From the NCBI GenBank assembly GCA_002633005.1, contig NMRA01000061.1:931400-995399 (forward strand): DNA of 64,000 bases, given 5' to 3'. The position numbers and the translations under genes are program-made. Of the stretch, positions 25,301 through 37,900 are shown in pieces; position 1 is the first letter of the stretch, and every line of letters starts with the position of its first letter. The notes under the pieces were generated by a model. The model saw only the letters and a list, made by a program, of their open reading frames with translations, was not told the origin of the DNA and did no database searches. The stretch is from Phoronis australis. Its lineage: Eukaryota; Animalia; Phoronida.

Positions 25301-28300
25301 CCTATTATTTCGTAATACCGTTTACAATGGTCCAGTTCCAATAAAGATTACATTTTATACACAAGTTTTATGTAGACTACAAGCAGTGCCAAGAATGGCA
25401 GATTTTGCAAGGCAAAAATCTGTTAGCTAACTGAAGAAGCAAATGAAAAACATAGAAGACGTAATCTAAAAACATGAAATGAAAAATATCAGTAAGACCC
25501 GTCTTCACAGGCAAAGTTCTACGAAATTCTTCTTTTTAGTGACTCTGTTGGTGGAGAGCTCAGTTGAGTACCTGACCTATTTGAATCGGTGACTGATCTG
25601 ACCTCAATCGCTCTAGTAAACTACCACATACAGTTATGTTTAAAATATCCCTTTCCATTATTTTTACCAGTTTTGAACACACAAAGAGTTCTGCATGTAT
25701 TTGCACTTCATCAAAAGTGAACTTCAATGCCATTTCAATGTGGCAGCCACTTTGATGAACCACCACCAGAAATAATAGAATTGTTTTAAAAATTTCATAT
25801 TTCATACGGGTTATTTTGAAAACCTCCACTAATACGTCTCGAAAGAGGTTCACTAAGGATCAACTATAAAGTGGATTGGGTTACCGCCAAATTCTTTTTC
25901 TTTGGAAGTGTTCTTACTTGACTCAGGCGGAAAGAGTAACTTTAAGAGACAAATTATTGGCAGAATTGGAGGAGAGTGCAGATACACAGCAACAAACACA
26001 AAGCATCTTGGGGCTGAAGAAAGATACAGGAAAAGAGCTCGACAGTAGGTGTGTAAAACAAGTAACGTGAAAACTAACAAATTACAAAAGAAAATGGGGA
26101 AACCTACCAAGTAGACCTGGTATGTTGTCTAGAGTAGTGAAGTCGTCAGTTGAATCGAGCACTTCTGCAAAAAACGAGATCAAATTGAGCAGAAGCAAAA
26201 AGAAGCCTATAAATACGAACTGAAATGCTTGGCTTATCACCCCCTGTATATTTTAATAACTGGGTCTTCATGGTTATAAAGTAGTGTTGAAAAAAATATG
26301 AAATGGGAAAAGAACGTTTTTAATATTAAGAAGACAAGGTTATGAAAACATAAGCAGTAACTCCCATCAAAACTACGATGAATGTCAGGTTTGGAACTTG
26401 CTTCTCTGTGTACATGTAACAGATTTAACACTAACTGGCTTAGGTAGGGGGAAGGAAATAATACACTAAAGTTATCACAATTAGTAAGGCTGAAAAACGA
26501 TGAACAATTTGTGAGACCAATTGCTAGTGCTTTGTACAATATTGACGTAGACCTTCACTTCAGCAATGATACTAAAACATTTACAATTTTCACTGCAAGC
26601 TGGCCATACTTGCCCAGTAAATAACCTCAATTTCATGATTGATTTGATGGAAGCGAAAACCTTCAATTACACTTTGGTTTCAGAAAAAACAAGTACATGT
26701 AAAAGTCATTCAGCCTAATAATGTTAATAAATAACATGTTATACATACTGAAGAAATCAGCATTGGTGTGTCGTGGCAAATGTTCTTTTGACATTCTTCC
26801 GTCTGCCTTGAATATGTATGAGGAATGACTCTGGCCTCTGTTGGGAAAACCTGGCTCTGTGCTCAGTCGCGGTGACTGTGCTAACCGTCCAGGCATGTCT
26901 GACGTTCGCGTGTGTTCATGAGGCACAGACGCTGCAGGAGGAGAAACAGCTGGAGATCCCAAGGCATCGAGGTCAAGTTTAAACCTCCTCTCTTGACCAA
27001 CAGGAGCTCTGTCGCTGGGTTTTTCGATGTTTCCGTTTCCATCCCGACCTGGCAAACTTGCGGGCTCTCCATCTAATTCTTTTCCATATTCTCCCTTTTC
27101 CGGACTCCTTGTCAGAAACCGGCTGTCAAGAAATTTACTATTCCAACTACCCCCCACTGTCAAATCTTTGAATCTGTCCCGGAGAGAGTTAACAGACGCA
27201 CTATGTTCTGTGTCTTCACTTTCTAATATATCTTCGCTTCGGGCAGAATTAAGTTTTAGTTTCTTATAGCGCGAGATGATGTCGTCAGCTGTGATCGACC
27301 TCTCCGAGTCAGAACCATCTTTCGACCGCTTCGTTCCTTGAGACTTCAGTTCAACCAATGGTGGTGACACATCCCCGAGATCAAAGCCACCAATGTCATG
27401 TTTGCTTTTGACCTCCACGTCAGACTTCTCTACCCAACATTCTTTAACTCGAGTATTCTCACTTGCTGAAACTTCGTCTTTTCTATCAAAACTAACGTCT
27501 GCTCTGTGATGAGACTCCTGATCATGTGATACATTTAAGCTGTTATCAAGGCGCTTCAATTTTTCATGACCTTTACCCCCACCTCTTAAACAAGTCCTCA
27601 GCTCTGACACCGAAGAGACTTCACCCCGCTGCAGACTCCTATCCACATCGGGTGTGCGAGCATTAAGAAAGTCCAGGCTAATGTTCTGCAGTAAGACGGC
27701 ACTGTCTTCATTTTCATCAAGTTTCAGGGGAGACAATTCCTGAACCACACCCTGGATGATGTCATGACCTGCTACCCTGCTGGCTCCTGGCTGTTCATGC
27801 ACTGTGCGTCGCCGAGGGCTGAGAAAACCTGAAGGCGGCGATTTTGTTTTCAACCTACTCTCCATGACCCCTGGCCTAGCGGACTCTGGAAACAGGAAAG
27901 AGCAAAAATGAAGATGTCAACATTCCGTGGAAAAAACAAAGTCTTGATCATGACAGTCGAGCGTTAAGGCTCTAAACCATATCAGATAGTCCCAAGCACA
28001 GTAATAACAGGGAGAAACAGTGTACAAGAAATTGTGTCCGTAGCAAAAAACAACCAATTTCATAAAAAATTACGACTCCTGATAAAAATGCAATATTCTG
28101 TAATCATCAAAGATTTTAAAATATAGTTTACTGGTAAACTAATAATACATACTTAAGTTATTCGAATGTGTACTTCACCACTGTTTAGCTGTCAATGTTA
28201 AATTCATTCATGAATGAGCAGTGCACCTAACCACGAAGGGAAGAAAAATAAAATCGTACCAAACTAACGAATTCACATTAGTGTTTCGTTGAGAAATTGA

Positions 28301-31300
28301 TTAATATTAATTATCTGGTCATTGATATTATTTCTTAATATTTTTCTGTTGTCATGTGGCACCATCTATTGTGAAGATTGCAATTCCAATACCAGGCCAG
28401 GCAATTTCCGTTTACTCAACTACGGGTTGATCCAATTAGTATGGTGCAGGTAAGGGGAAAACGGAAAATAAAAATTGAAAAACAGCCTTACCACTTCTGT
28501 TGACACTTCTAGACGGTGTTGAAATGGGATGACCGACCTGAAGACCCGATGGCGTATCAAACACGTCATATCTTTTGAATGGTCTCACGGACTCTAACGG
28601 TGTCTTGCGTGACATATCCTCAGGAACGACGAAACGATCACCTTCCTTTCTACCGTCGACATCGGGAGAATCCGTCAACAACGCGACTCTGTCATTATCC
28701 AGTTTCAAATGTGAATCGTTTGCGTCATAGTCCAAGTCAATTCCCAGGTTGTTAATGTCTGAAGTGAAATTTAAGTCGGGCTTGGTGAATGTTGACCCTT
28801 GGTCCCCTCCATGCAGTCTTGACTTGTTGACATCAGCGTCAGATTTAAAATCGAGTGTAACACTCGCGTCAAGAGTCCCTCCGTGATCACGGCCAGATTG
28901 GTAATGACTGGAACCTTCACCAGCACAGCTGTGGTGTGATGCGTTGACAAACGAGATGTCCGCCTCCGTTTCACCAACTGTGATGATGTTTTCTTCTACT
29001 GCAAAAACAAAGCCGTGAACATAAACTCAGCGAGTATATTGAATTTGAGTACTCAGTAAATTGAATGTATCGCAATGATGACCTCGTGAAGCTTGTTTTC
29101 ACAATGATCCTTGGAGCGGTTTGGCAGAGATGCCGAACGTCAAAAAAAACGGTCTCGAAAATGATAAAAAATGTCCACTAGTTGGCACAAAATATGTTAA
29201 ACCTGTACAAAAACAGCAATTCATTACCACCTTCTTAATAGACACTTATTTAACAAATTTCTTGAAAACCTATCAATGAACTCGGAAGATACAGAGGCAA
29301 ACATAAAACTAAAATTGCCACTAGGGGCCACAGAGGCAGTCCGATCAGTTCGCAACTCGTGGTAATCTTTCGTTAGAATCTGTTGACAGGTGTCAATCCA
29401 TGCACGTTGTACAAATCTTGACAACTTAATGCAGCAAGTCCATTCACGAAGAAAGAATTACTCGCTAGGCATAATAACTTTATCTTAAACTCAGAAAGAA
29501 AATTGAAATATACATTAAACATTATTGTGACAAAAGTTCAACTAAACTGCAAATAATTCTGGCAAGAAGTTTACCAGGCAGTCTGGCAAAACTCTATCAA
29601 AATTATGCACTCCAATGAAACTTTTTGCACCAATGACAGAGGCACACTCTAAGAACTACCCATGCACACCATGTGTTCCCTCTACATACCCGAGTCTCTA
29701 GGTGTGAATATTTCACGAGCGACTCGTTCTCTAGCGCTCAGCTCGTCATGAAGAAGTGTCTCTCTCCAAGTTGGCTTGAGTGTATTCTTCTCAGCAGGTG
29801 TTCTCGCCAACTTATCACGGTGCTCAAATGCAGACGCTCCTAAATAGCATTAAACACTACTTCATAGAAACCTTGCACATGTACATGTCATCCACTGTAT
29901 GTTTTTATGCTTGACGCACACAATGTTTTAGAAACACATTCCTCAGACTTACTTATGACAAGTATTTCACAAAAAGGCGCATTCGCCTAATTCGCACTGG
30001 TTGACATTTACGCACAAATGCCTAAATGCAAGGCATCAGTCGAGACACTCCCTCGATATATTAGAAAGTGGTCTCCACGGTAATGCATGGAGAGTCTTTT
30101 GACACAGCCATCATTGAAACATTTTTTTAGTTCAACACAAAAACATAACTATACACATGATACCCAAGTGTATTGCCTTATATATTAAAAGCAGCAACGA
30201 TGAAACACAAGCAACAGAACTGATCATTCGGAACCGATACAAAATCTCTCTATCGTCGCAAATACCTCTCTAGCTATAAATTTTCTACGAGAAGAGGTTT
30301 ATCAACTTTACAATATGCAATAATAGAATTTTGTAATTGCCTAAACTCCGGAATTTTCCCTCAATGTTTTTTCACAGCCATACCCACATTTTTCATAGAG
30401 AGACTAGACTGTCAAAACAATATCTGGCAAAGTGTTACATCAAGAGTGACGGAGCTCCATCGTGCACGTCATTACCTAGTCCAGCCAGGGGGTCACGCAG
30501 GTTGACTTCATCTGGACCACTACTGGGTGAAGTGGAGCGAGAACTTCCTCCAGATACCAAGATGTCGCCAGTGATCACTGCGTTGGCAACCTGTGAAAAC
30601 GACGCAATACAGCCACTAGATGTCAGGTGATACTGTTGCTACCGCTATGGATAATTAACAACCTTTAATTATCACATTCATCGGGTTAAATGTTCATCTT
30701 AATGCCACCCCCAAATTTTCATTTTTAAACGCTCGGTACTCAGCCCAACTCCTGCACCCGCTTTATATCGCCAACATCTCCTTGGAAGCACCTGTCTTTG
30801 TGAACAAACGTCTTGTACAAATGTTAGCTCCCAATCTGTGCAAAACAACTATCGTAACTTTTCACCCACAATGACCTTTGTAGGCCCATACCAGAGAAGC
30901 CATGATGTACAAAGGCTTGACTTATAGGCCGGAATTCTGAGAGTGGTGCAGGTCCCCACATAGGAACTTGGGTTAATTAAATGCTCATTATTTATGTGCA
31001 TGGATTGTTATTTACATTTGCACCAGTCTAAGTCTACCATGCCATGTGACCATATCTAGACTTTTTACCTGTTCAGCGAGTATGTCTTTAGATCGCTGCT
31101 GTTTGGCTGCAGCAGCTACACGAGATTTTTGTTTACCAACTGCAGCAGATGACTTTTTGATAACTGAACTTGAGGTCTGTAAAGGTCAACACAGAGTCTA
31201 CAGTTGTTGTTGAGAAAAGCACATTTTGAGGTGACGACTAGCATTTTGCAGAAAACATAAAGCAAAGTGTAAACATGAAACATTAAAACAACATTTGTTT

Positions 31301-31930
31301 AAAATTAAGTCAAACTCAACACTGAACAATAGAAAACATGGTATTTGAAACAGCACACCTTTGTAACTAAATTCCGACATTGGCTCCCAAATAAGGGACA
31401 TAATTCATTATACAAAGAGAAACTTCAACTACATTTCCCCCAGGTTTTGAAATTGAGCTTTATTCAGAGTGAGGCAGGCGTGGTTGCTGTCACCAAATCA
31501 ACCTACCTTGTCACTGGGTTTCTTAAACACAGACTTGGTCTTTGACACCTGTTCTGTCAGGTGTTCCCGAGCTTCTCTCGTTGACGACGATGACGCTATT
31601 TTTGTCGGTGTCGTCATCGCCGACTCTTTACCAAGACGCGCCGGCTGTGCTCGACTGATAGGCGCTTTTACCTGCTTCTGAGGAGTGAAGTCGACATCGA
31701 AGCTTGCGGCTCGCTGTGGCGCAGATCGTATACGTGTACGATGTTTGTCACCAACCTTCTCATAGGAAAAGTCAGGGCCAGGTAGTTTGGAAGGTTTCAG
31801 GCTAGGATAACAACAAAGACAACATTGTCATGATAGTGTTTCCTACACACAGTCTACCCTAGAACAACTTGCACTACTGCAACTTATCCCACTTTTAAGT
31901 GGAGCGTCCACACACACACACGTGCACGCG

Positions 31931-31964
<34 letters not shown>

Positions 31965-34900
31965 AACATCCGATAACTGGAGTAAGGCGGACGTTGTCGC
32001 TTTGTATACGACAATGGCCATCTGACGCAAATAGGAATCTGGTAATTACTTTCACCTTACCCCAGTTTTGTGGCCAAATTGACTAGAAGTGACACAAGTT
32101 TACCGAGAACAAGTTACCTTTCCTCAATAAAGTGAATTTGTCACACGTGGGTTAAGTTGGACAAGTTTAAACAGTGTCCACACAGTTTTCAAGCCTAGCG
32201 ACAACTCATTCCAGGAGTAACTTGCTCTAGGGCAAGTCTGTGCACTTGTGAAAATGATTCTAATGAACTCCGAAGAAAGTCTTTCATACAAGTAACCAAT
32301 TGCTACTATTGCTAACTGCATTAATAACTGTCTAAGTGTGTTCACATACTGACACTGTAATGCAATAAAGTGAAAGACTGTTTAAGTGTGTTCACATGCT
32401 AACATTGTAATGTCATTAGAGGAAGACTGTCTAAGTGTGTTCCATGCTGACATTGTAAGACGGTATAGAGGAAGACTGTTTAAGATTTCACATGCTGACA
32501 CTGTAATGCAATACAGAGAAAGACTGTTTAAATGTGTTCACATGCTAACATTGTAATGCCATACAGAAGAAGACTGTCTAAGGGCTGTTCCAGTAAAATC
32601 CGTGTGGGAGGGGGGGGGACGGCAGTAGAAATAAAAATTCATGGGTGGTGGTCTTCAGAAAAAAAATCAAATTATGGGTGGTCGGTCCTGTAAGAAGTGA
32701 TGCATTAAAAATGGGTGGTATTTTTTGATCTGTTAACGTTGACAGGTTGGTTAATTCAGCCAACACATCTCCAAAGAAATCAAAACTCAAAAAATGCGAT
32801 TGGCATATATCCCAACTTATCCCAATACAAAAAAGCCCATATTGCCAGTGAACAGAGTGCAATATGTTCACTAAGCCATTAATCAAGTCATGGGCAACTT
32901 GATTTGAGCCAAGTGCTTGTCTGCAGTCCTATTGAATTGAAAAGTTATGCAACACTAAACTGGTGTTAACACATATAAGAAAATTGATGATTTTTAAATA
33001 AAAAGTATGAGGAGTAAGATAAACAAGTTCCAATATTCACTTGACATAGAAGTATAAAAGAGTTTGTGGAGACAGTTTGAGATTCATAGATCCTTATAAT
33101 TGAAAAAATGTTCATTGAAATTATAGACACATGGTGAACAGAGACACCTGGTGGCTGCCAAAAGTATTGTTCACAGGCTACTTTAATTTNNNNNNNNNNN
33201 NNNNNNNNNNNNNNNNNNNNNNNNNNNNNNNNNNNNNNNNNNNNNNNNNNNNNNNNNNNNNNNNNNNNNNNNNNNNNNNNNNNNNNNNNNNNNNNNNNNN
33301 NNNNNNNNNNNNNNNNNNNNNNNNNNNNNNNNNNNNNNNNNNNNNNNNNNNNNNNNNNNNNNNNNNNNNNNNNNNNNNNNNNNNNNNNNNNNNNNNNNNN
33401 NNNNNNNNNNNNNNNNNNNNNNNNNNNNNNNNNNNNNNNNNNNNNNNNNNNNNNNNNNNNNNNNNNNNNNNNNNNNNNNNNGTGGATTTGGCACCCATCT
33501 GAGTGAGAACGGAAAAGAAGCGATCATGAGGGCAGAATCTCGCTTCACGTGATCTCATGAGTGCGAGGCCTTGGAACAAATCGGGAGTCACATACCACTA
33601 CGCTGTTGCAGACTGGAAATATGAAGACAGTGGGAGTTGGGATGAACCTTGTCAATACTCTCTAATGGACACCCATGACATTATGATAATGAAACAATGA
33701 AATCAATAGTATGATCAACTCACCTTTATCATGTCTATGCTTCAGTGAGCGCAAAGTGTCCGGAGTGTCCACTTTAAGTGTAGATTCATCATCGAAGGAC
33801 AAGACGGGCGTGGATGGCAGCAGACTCATGCCAAACGACTGGAAAACCAATGTTTTAGAAGAAAGACTGAATATTCGTCCCCACCGACTTGAAAACCGAC
33901 ATTTCTAAGTTTGTAACACGACTGACTGGAAAATAGGACAGATCAGCACGGCAAAATCAAATTGAATATTTAAATGAGGTACTGGCGAAGGGTAATGAAC
34001 GAACAACAAGTGTTATAGACAAGTTTTGCATTGAACAGCTCCAAATCACACTTCATGTAACAGGCAGAGTTTACATCATTTCTTTTAATACATTTTCATG
34101 GTAAGAACATGAGATGCGAACGCGTGTTAATACATACAACACGTGTCAAAAGAATTCTGACAAATTTTATTCCAGTGTCATAACCATTCATTCCACTTAC
34201 GGCAAAAATAAAGAGTAATATCAACGCCATTTTCACAGTGTTAGTTTTTCAGCAAAGTCACAGTCACTGCCATTCGTGACGGATGGCTTCAGTGACATAG
34301 AAATTCTTTTGCTCTCAGATCATCACAGGGAATTCCTCGTCACTTTGACTTATACTAAGTACCATAGACAGTGAACTCACAGTCGTTTTCCTGTTTCCGG
34401 GGGTTGACCTGGTGACGTCTAGTCTCGTTTGCAACGTACTGACTGACTGCCTCAGATCTGGTAAAATTTCACTGGCAAGCTGTGCCCTGAAATAAGGACA
34501 AACAAAACTTGGCGAAGGAGAACATAGTTAAGTGATCGCCAAAGCAAACTTCTAAGGATTTCTGAAAGAACTCCTTGGAAAAGATTATGTGACTGTCCTA
34601 ATAAACGCTTACAGAAAGTGGTGGAGACAGCTTGGAAAATTTTATCAAAACCTGCCTCACCCTCAGCAAGTTGTATTTTTTTACAGTCTTGATTTCATTT
34701 GTCAGCACTATGACTATTACAACAGATGTGTGAAGGCACTTCTGTTGGCAAATAGTCAATGTTTATAGTCTTTTTAAAGATAAAGATAAGGTACCTTGCT
34801 TACCTTTTCCACAAGTACTGGGCATGCACAAACGAAAGAGCCCACAACCGAATAAATGCACATACCCAAATTAGCACACGTAAAAATTTTTACATTCCCC

Positions 34901-37900
34901 AGTCACTAATTAGTGCTTCACCAACAACAGAATTTCTCCACTGACCTTGACTTCAAATAAAGCCTGGGGAGTGCCTTTTCATGCTCACAGGGACCGTTGT
35001 CAAAATTACATAGTGTAGTGTAACACATGTTCTTGTTGACACCAGAAGCTTACGTGTGCAGGTGTTGAGAGTGTATGTTTGTCAGTGTGTATATTGAGGG
35101 GTTAAAAATCTTGTCTTCAAGAACTTGATAAGCCACTTCACTCACCTGAGTTCTTTAGCATTGGTATAGTGAGCGTGGTGAGTATGAACTTGAGTCAGGA
35201 TGCTCGCCGACTGCTCATCAAAACTGGGAACACCAACTGTAATTATTCACAAAAACATACCAATGTAAGCAAACATATACATGGAAATAGAACATATGGC
35301 AGGCATTAACGTGAAGCAATCAACGAGAAAAGTGTTTTTTTAGAGATCCGTCCAAAGATGCATTAGACCTAAACATTAACAGTCGCACTCCGACTGTGAG
35401 CTAGCAAAACTAAACCCAATTGATAAATAGCCCAGTATTCTAAGAGTGTTTAACCAATAAATTCACTGGCCTCAATTTCATCACATGGCTGGCAGAAATA
35501 GCCAAAATTGTCAACTTGTAATAAAAAAAAACGCTTTTTGTTGTTTTATTACTCTAGACAAAGCTAATAACTTCAAGAAGTCTATCCCATCCAACAATTT
35601 TCCTGAAATGCATTTTTCATTCATAAAACCTTATGTCCCATTAAAGCCTCCCAAGGTCAGGAGTTTTGCAATATGAAGAATGGCTTTACTATGAAGAGTA
35701 AACAATGTTACAACTCATTGACAATGAATTTTGTAAAGTCTTTGGTTTGGGACGCAATGAGGCGGGACGAGTAAATTTCATTTCATGAAATTTTTAGCAA
35801 AATTGTTACGAATTTTTTTATCTCACAGTCAACATTGTTTTATTTTTACAGTAATGTTCCATTGTCACCAGGCAACATTTGGCATAATTTGAAACATTCC
35901 TAGCAAAGTAGTTAGCTTTTTTGAATTAGAACTCGAAATTTTACTAATTATTCTGTACCAAATTGAAGATTTTTTACAGTAACTGTAATCCTTACAGCTT
36001 AGCGGTATTTTTCAGATTGTCCTCACTAATACAAGACCAATGTGATTCTATCCACAGGTTTAAGAAAGAACGATAATCCACCAGACTATGAAACAAAATG
36101 TGTCTGACTGAGCCAGTTCATTTTATTTATGAGCGTTCACTTTATTAATAACAGCTACCTTCATGAAGTTTATCAATGTAGAGGTGCAGTGATAGATTCC
36201 ACAGCTGTATAAGACTGAGAATGTCCAACTTTCCTTCTCTGTACAAGTTGCCAACATTCCGCTGGAAATGGCAATAAATCAATATTGACGTACATTATCA
36301 CATTAAACACACTCTTCCCACATTGCACCTGCGCATCCCTTCAGGACTGGAGAGTTTGACATCTTCAGAAGAAATTGAGGACCGAACGAAGAAAGGCAAT
36401 TTGTGCCATTTTCACGAAAACGCATTCAAATAGAAAACTTAAACTAAGCCATATACATGTAGAATGTATGCAGCCACCTGTCTGTGTTCTAAATACAACT
36501 CTGTTGATATAAATAGTACATTAGCTCAAGCCCAACTGCACACCAGATAATGTAGTCAATCCAGACCATATAGAACGCAGTACCCAAGATGCAGTACCGT
36601 AGGTATTTGTCAAGATTGCCAGGGCACTAAAGAAACGTGTGCTATTTTCAATTGGTGTCTTTGGGTAGTGATTTTTAGGGGTTTTAATTTTGTTTTCTAA
36701 TTCAGATAGTGTGATTAAACAGTCAAAAACAATATACCTTTTGTTGAAACTTGTTTCCATATACAGGGCTTGGAATGACCAATGACAAAAACGCGGAAAC
36801 TTTAGAAACTTTTACGGCCCAAATCATCGCCCGATAACCAGCCTAGAACTGGACCTTTCACCGACAAAAATTGTCCTTTAAGCTCGCTCGTCTACTCCCA
36901 ACCCACACATTTTTGGCTGCAGAGCGGTAGTATTTGTCGCCGCGCTTACAATAACACGAGACGCCATTGAAAATCACACCACGCTATCCCAGATGCCCCG
37001 GCAATGTTGACAATTTACGTTCCTCCGAACATAAAGAGCAACTTCCGCTTTTCGAGGTGAACGTCGTCTGCAACGCCGCGGTAAGAAAGGAATTTGCCGC
37101 GGAAATTTTATACCAAATCCGATTTTTTTCCGCGGAAATATTATAAAAAAAGCGGAAAGCACATTTGAAAAAAGCGGAAATCCGCGTTTCCGCGGAAAAT
37201 TCCAAGCCCTGCATATAGCACACATGGTAGCAAATTGTTGAAGATTTCCAACTTCACAGTGTTTTCATGGCATGCACTTAATAGTGGATCACCCTTTTAA
37301 AACAACAACGAGAAAACCAGTGCACCTACCCTGTGCAACTCCTGTTCGCATTCCCTGAGAAGCATGTCGGGGATTTTCACATTGATTTCTCCAGCATCAA
37401 TTTTGTGCATGTTGACCACCCCTCTGAGTATGGACTCAACCACTTTACGCTCGTGTTCTTTCGACCGGCAGTAGTTGTCTATATCTTTCCACATTTCACG
37501 AAGCTACAGGGAGAGTAGAAAACTCACAATGTAATAATCCATAACACGGATTTTAAATGTTCTGCAGTAGCCACCACTTGCTATCATTCAGTGGCCACCA
37601 CTTGCTATCATTCAGTGGCCACCACTTACTATCATTCAGTAGCCACCACTTGCTATCATTCAGTGGCCACCACTTACTATCATTCAGTGGCCACCACTTG
37701 CTATCATTCAATGGCCACCACTTGCTATCATTCAGTAGCCACCACTTGCTAACATTAAGTGGCCAACACTTGCTATCATTCAGTAGCCACCACTTGCTAT
37801 CATTCAATGGCCACCACTTGCTATCATTCAGTAGCCACCACTTGCTATCATTCAATGGCCACCACTTGCTATCATTCAGTAGCCACCACTTGCTATCGTT

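Noticed and set aside
33131-33591. Long ORFs containing X runs
   Set aside because: Artefacts of the N gap.
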